The notes beneath the pieces were generated by a model. It made no database searches. It had not been told where the DNA came from and saw only the letters and a program-made list of their open reading frames with translations. The position numbers and the translations under genes are program-made. A DNA stretch of 63,297 bases, filler included, from Lenisia limosa (taxonomy: Eukaryota; Protista; Breviatea), in NCBI GenBank assembly GCA_001655205.1. It is 13 parts of 13 records of this genome, joined end to end, with 100 filler letters (N's around TTAATTAATTAA, not from the genome) between each part and the next. Parts side by side here need not be neighbours in the genome. Positions count along the whole stretch, not along the records: positions 59,623 to 61,599 come from LPNZ01004479.1; positions 61,700 to 63,297 come from LPNZ01007865.1; 11 more parts are not named here. One strand, given 5' to 3'. Below are positions 60,548 to 63,297 of the stretch, one piece after another (position 1 is the stretch's first letter; each line of letters starts with the position of its first letter).

Positions 60548-61445
60548 ACTGCGTAACCCCCTCAGGCGAAGTTGACGAAGATGCACCGAGTACGGGTGGC
60601 ACCTCCCCCCTGGACCTCTTTATTGCCAGCCTGCCTTCGGATTGTACAAAGTTGGTGGTGTGTACAGAATTGTAAGGCAAATTATTGGGTGAATTAATAT
60701 TATACGATAATCCAATATCTCCTATAAGCGTGATGGTGAAGATGGCTTCAGCCAGATACAACCTTCTTTTTTATTTCCCACTGCTGATAGTATATAAGTA
60801 TTATGTGGGGTAGTTGGGCTATGGGGCTATGGAGAGTGGGGGTAATTGTGTGTAAACAATCTATTCATTGCCCTTACTTTACCAGGATTTTGATTGACCA
60901 AGCGGCGATCAATTTCATGTACCTCAACACTAGGAATGCCCGGAACCGTCTCACTATCGCTCTCTTTAAGGTCGGGCAGGGCTTTGGCTTGTTACGCTTT
61001 AGTATCGGTTTACGGTTTGAAAGAATCACCCATTTTCATTACCCAATAGTTGACAACCCACCGCGCACACATAATATATGATAGGCATTATAGGATGTAC
61101 TCATATGATATAAATATAGAAAACTCTAGTACATGTAGCTATATATCATAAGCTTATCATATGATATACCATAAGTAGGCAAAACCTGGTGTACGTCCAC
61201 CCAAAACTCTCTTGTACCCTAGCGGATTAGCCGACAGAGTTGATAATACACCCCAAGTCGCTTTATCTCACCCTGGCTCTCTCACTGGTTCGTAGCAGTT
61301 TGATACTTTGTGTTATCTCAGGGTTTTGTTTCTCTCTTTTGTCTATTGACTCAGAAACAGTACCCCCCATATGACCCCGCAGGTGCCACGTCAGACCCCG
61401 CACGTTATTCGCTACTACGCCCGTCTCGTGGCCGTATTGAACAAT
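60548..61445 (+). CDS. UPF2: Nonsense-mediated decay factor UPF2, MIF4G-2 region (fragment)
   Basis: Exons 60548-60650, 60886-60970, 61383-61445 give EDAPSTGGTSPLDLFIASLPSDCTK|ILIDQAAINFMYLNTRNARNRLTIALFK|VPRQTPHVIRYYARLVAVLNN, aligning to UPF2 LIDKAAMDFCMNMNTKANRKKLVRALFIVPRQRLDLLPFYARLVATL. Confidence 0.88.
60640..60765 (-). repeat. Family E repeat (reverse) starting at the UPF2 exon/intron boundary
   Basis: gtgtacagaattgtaaggcaaattattgggtgaa...ccaatatctcctataagcgtgatggtg...gcttcagccagatacaac. Confidence 0.8.
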
Positions 61446-61700
61446 GTAAGGGGAGGAGGAAATTCGCTGAGTATTGGAGGGAGGGACAAGGCTTAGATTT
61501 TAGGGCTCAGTACAATTCACTGAAAACTATTGAATTATGAAGTGTAACATGTTGTAACAAGTGTTTTATCGAACTGAGTTTGACTAATATTATCAATACN
61601 NNNNNNNNNNNNNNNNNNNNNNNNNNNNNNNNNNNNNNNNNNNTTAATTAATTAANNNNNNNNNNNNNNNNNNNNNNNNNNNNNNNNNNNNNNNNNNNNT

Positions 61701-63297
61701 TCTGAATTTTGACCTTCTCATGGAGACGAGCCACCTGTTCCGAGGTGTTCTCCATCTTGGCAAGACCTACAGTCAGGCGGTCTCTGTTGCTGCCAATGCG
61801 CTCCGTCTCCTTCGCTAGCAGCTTCTTGTACAGGTCGATAAGCTCCAGGAAACTGGAGTGAATTATTCAAGGGGGGTTAAAGCGAAGGAGAGATTTGTGT
61901 GTATATGTGTGTGCGTGCGTTTCTCTCTCTCTCTCTTTCTATCAGTGGAAGAGTCAGATCAAAGCATCTCAGGTTCAAAAATGATCGGTTGACTTGAAAT
62001 ATATTGAATATTCAGATTGGTCACGATCAACTGACTACCTCCCAGGACTATGACACCCCCCACCTCTTTGGGGTGGTGTAGTTGTAGCGCCCTTCGGTTT
62101 GACGATACTCAATACTGACGTCATTGACACCTGGGAATGTCAGCTGCTTAGTGGATTCGAAGGTCATGTGGTTTTCGAGGGGAAGTACATGTGTGAGCAA
62201 CCCCCCCCCCAAAAAAAAAAAGAANNNNNNNNNNNNNNNNNNNNNNNNNNNNNNNNNNNNNNNNNNNNNNNNNNNNNNNNNNNNNNNNNNNNNNNNNNNN
62301 NNNNNTTCCGACTCAAACGAAACTGTCGAAAGGAATCGTGAGGAGACGGACAAAAGAGCTTCCTGCGGCCAGGGCTGGAACCAGTCGATTTGAGTGCAGT
62401 TTACGAGGGCTGGGAACATTCGAGCGCGTTTCCTGAAGGTCTCGCCAACCGGGCTGAAGCAGAGGACTACGTGGAGGTTGGAACGGACCTGGGGGGGGGG
62501 GTAAAACGAAGGAAATTTATTAAACAAAAAAAGCCCAAATCAACTCTGAAAAATGAAAGAAATTTCAATAAAGAATATTGGCGTGTAAAATTGGACAATT
62601 TATGAAACAACAAACAACGCCCAAAAATCAACACTGTCGAACAGTACGGGTAATTAATTACGGAAAATGGGGGCGCGATAAGCTTAAGCTATTGAATAAG
62701 GTAAGATGATGGGTAAGAAGCACCGACTAGCTAGCATCCCCCCAACTTGTTCAATAAAGTACTCCCAGCAGTTTTCTTTGGTGTCAATGAGACCTGCTTG
62801 TTTGGCTGCAGATCTAGGGGAGTAAAATTGGAAAATTTTTGAAACAAAAAAAAACCCCCCAAATNNNNNNNNNNNNNNNNNNNNNNNNNNNNNNNNNNNN
62901 NNNNNNNNNNNNNNNNNNNNNNNNNNNNNNNNNNNNNNNNNNNNNNNNNNNNNNNNNNNNNNNNNNNNNNNNNNNNNNNNNNNNNNNNNNNNNNNNNNNN
63001 NNNNNNNNNNNNNNNNNNNNNNNNNNNNNNNNNNNNNNNNNNNNNNNNNNNNNNNNNNNNNNNNNNNNNNNNNNNNNNNNNNNNNNNNNNNNNNNNNNNN
63101 NNNNNNNNNNNNNNNNNNNNNNNNNNNNNNNNNNNNNNNNNNNNNNNNNNNNNNNNNNNNNTTACGTTTCACTGACCCCTCCCATTTACCAAGTAAGTTA
63201 TCTATGAGAACGAGGAACCGTTCATCCGCGATATGAGAGTCGGCCACAAGCCACATAACACCAGTATTCTTAACACCAGCCTTGCGGTAGAGAGCCT
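61701..63297 (-). CDS. Axonemal outer-arm-type dynein heavy chain (DNAH9/11/17-like), AAA4 to start of stalk
   Basis: [34 protein letters not shown]; [18 protein letters not shown]|[53 protein letters not shown]; [10 protein letters not shown]|[12 protein letters not shown]...RLTVGLAKM. Confidence 0.92.

Noticed and set aside
24036-61445. An mRNA-metabolism cluster (two PAM2 proteins plus UPF2), or a linked dynein pair
   Set aside because: The genes are on different scaffolds separated by artificial spacers.
10547-61655. TTAATTAATTAA as a biological repeated motif
   Set aside because: Always centred in exactly 44+44 N; a six-frame-stop assembly linker.
101-63256. ORF-track entries containing X runs
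   Set aside because: Most are open only because N gaps hide stops; I used only segments with splice signals and protein-like content.

Overview
This window is eukaryotic, intron-rich genomic DNA from an unidentified, probably protist, organism; an axonemal dynein gene implies a ciliated lineage or stage. It is not one locus: twelve artificial N44-TTAATTAATTAA-N44 spacers join 13 separate scaffolds, so neighbourhood across spacers means nothing. All gene models were spliced by eye on GT-AG boundaries. Recognisable genes: a very divergent dynein heavy chain (AAA3-AAA4-stalk), a ZIP11-like zinc transporter, an MGAT2/GnT-II-like glycosyltransferase, a SWI3/SMARCC subunit, an ABCC transporter fragment, a secreted NHL-repeat protein, UPF2 and a conventional outer-arm dynein. 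Two results stand out. (1) A ~1,700-aa spliced gene at 38399-44650 (-) combines about ten tandem PAM2-like motifs, long charged coiled coils, five SWSTGGWG repeats and a Trp-rich tail, a GW182/Upa2-like logic in what looks like an unrelated protein. (2) A ~170-bp repeat family lies sense to the host gene in every copy I could orient, usually ends at or near the 3' splice site and in one case forms an entire intron, as an introner-like element would. The introns also carry hAT-type and Tc1/mariner-type MITEs and further unclassified repeats. No rRNA, tRNA or CRISPR array was seen.
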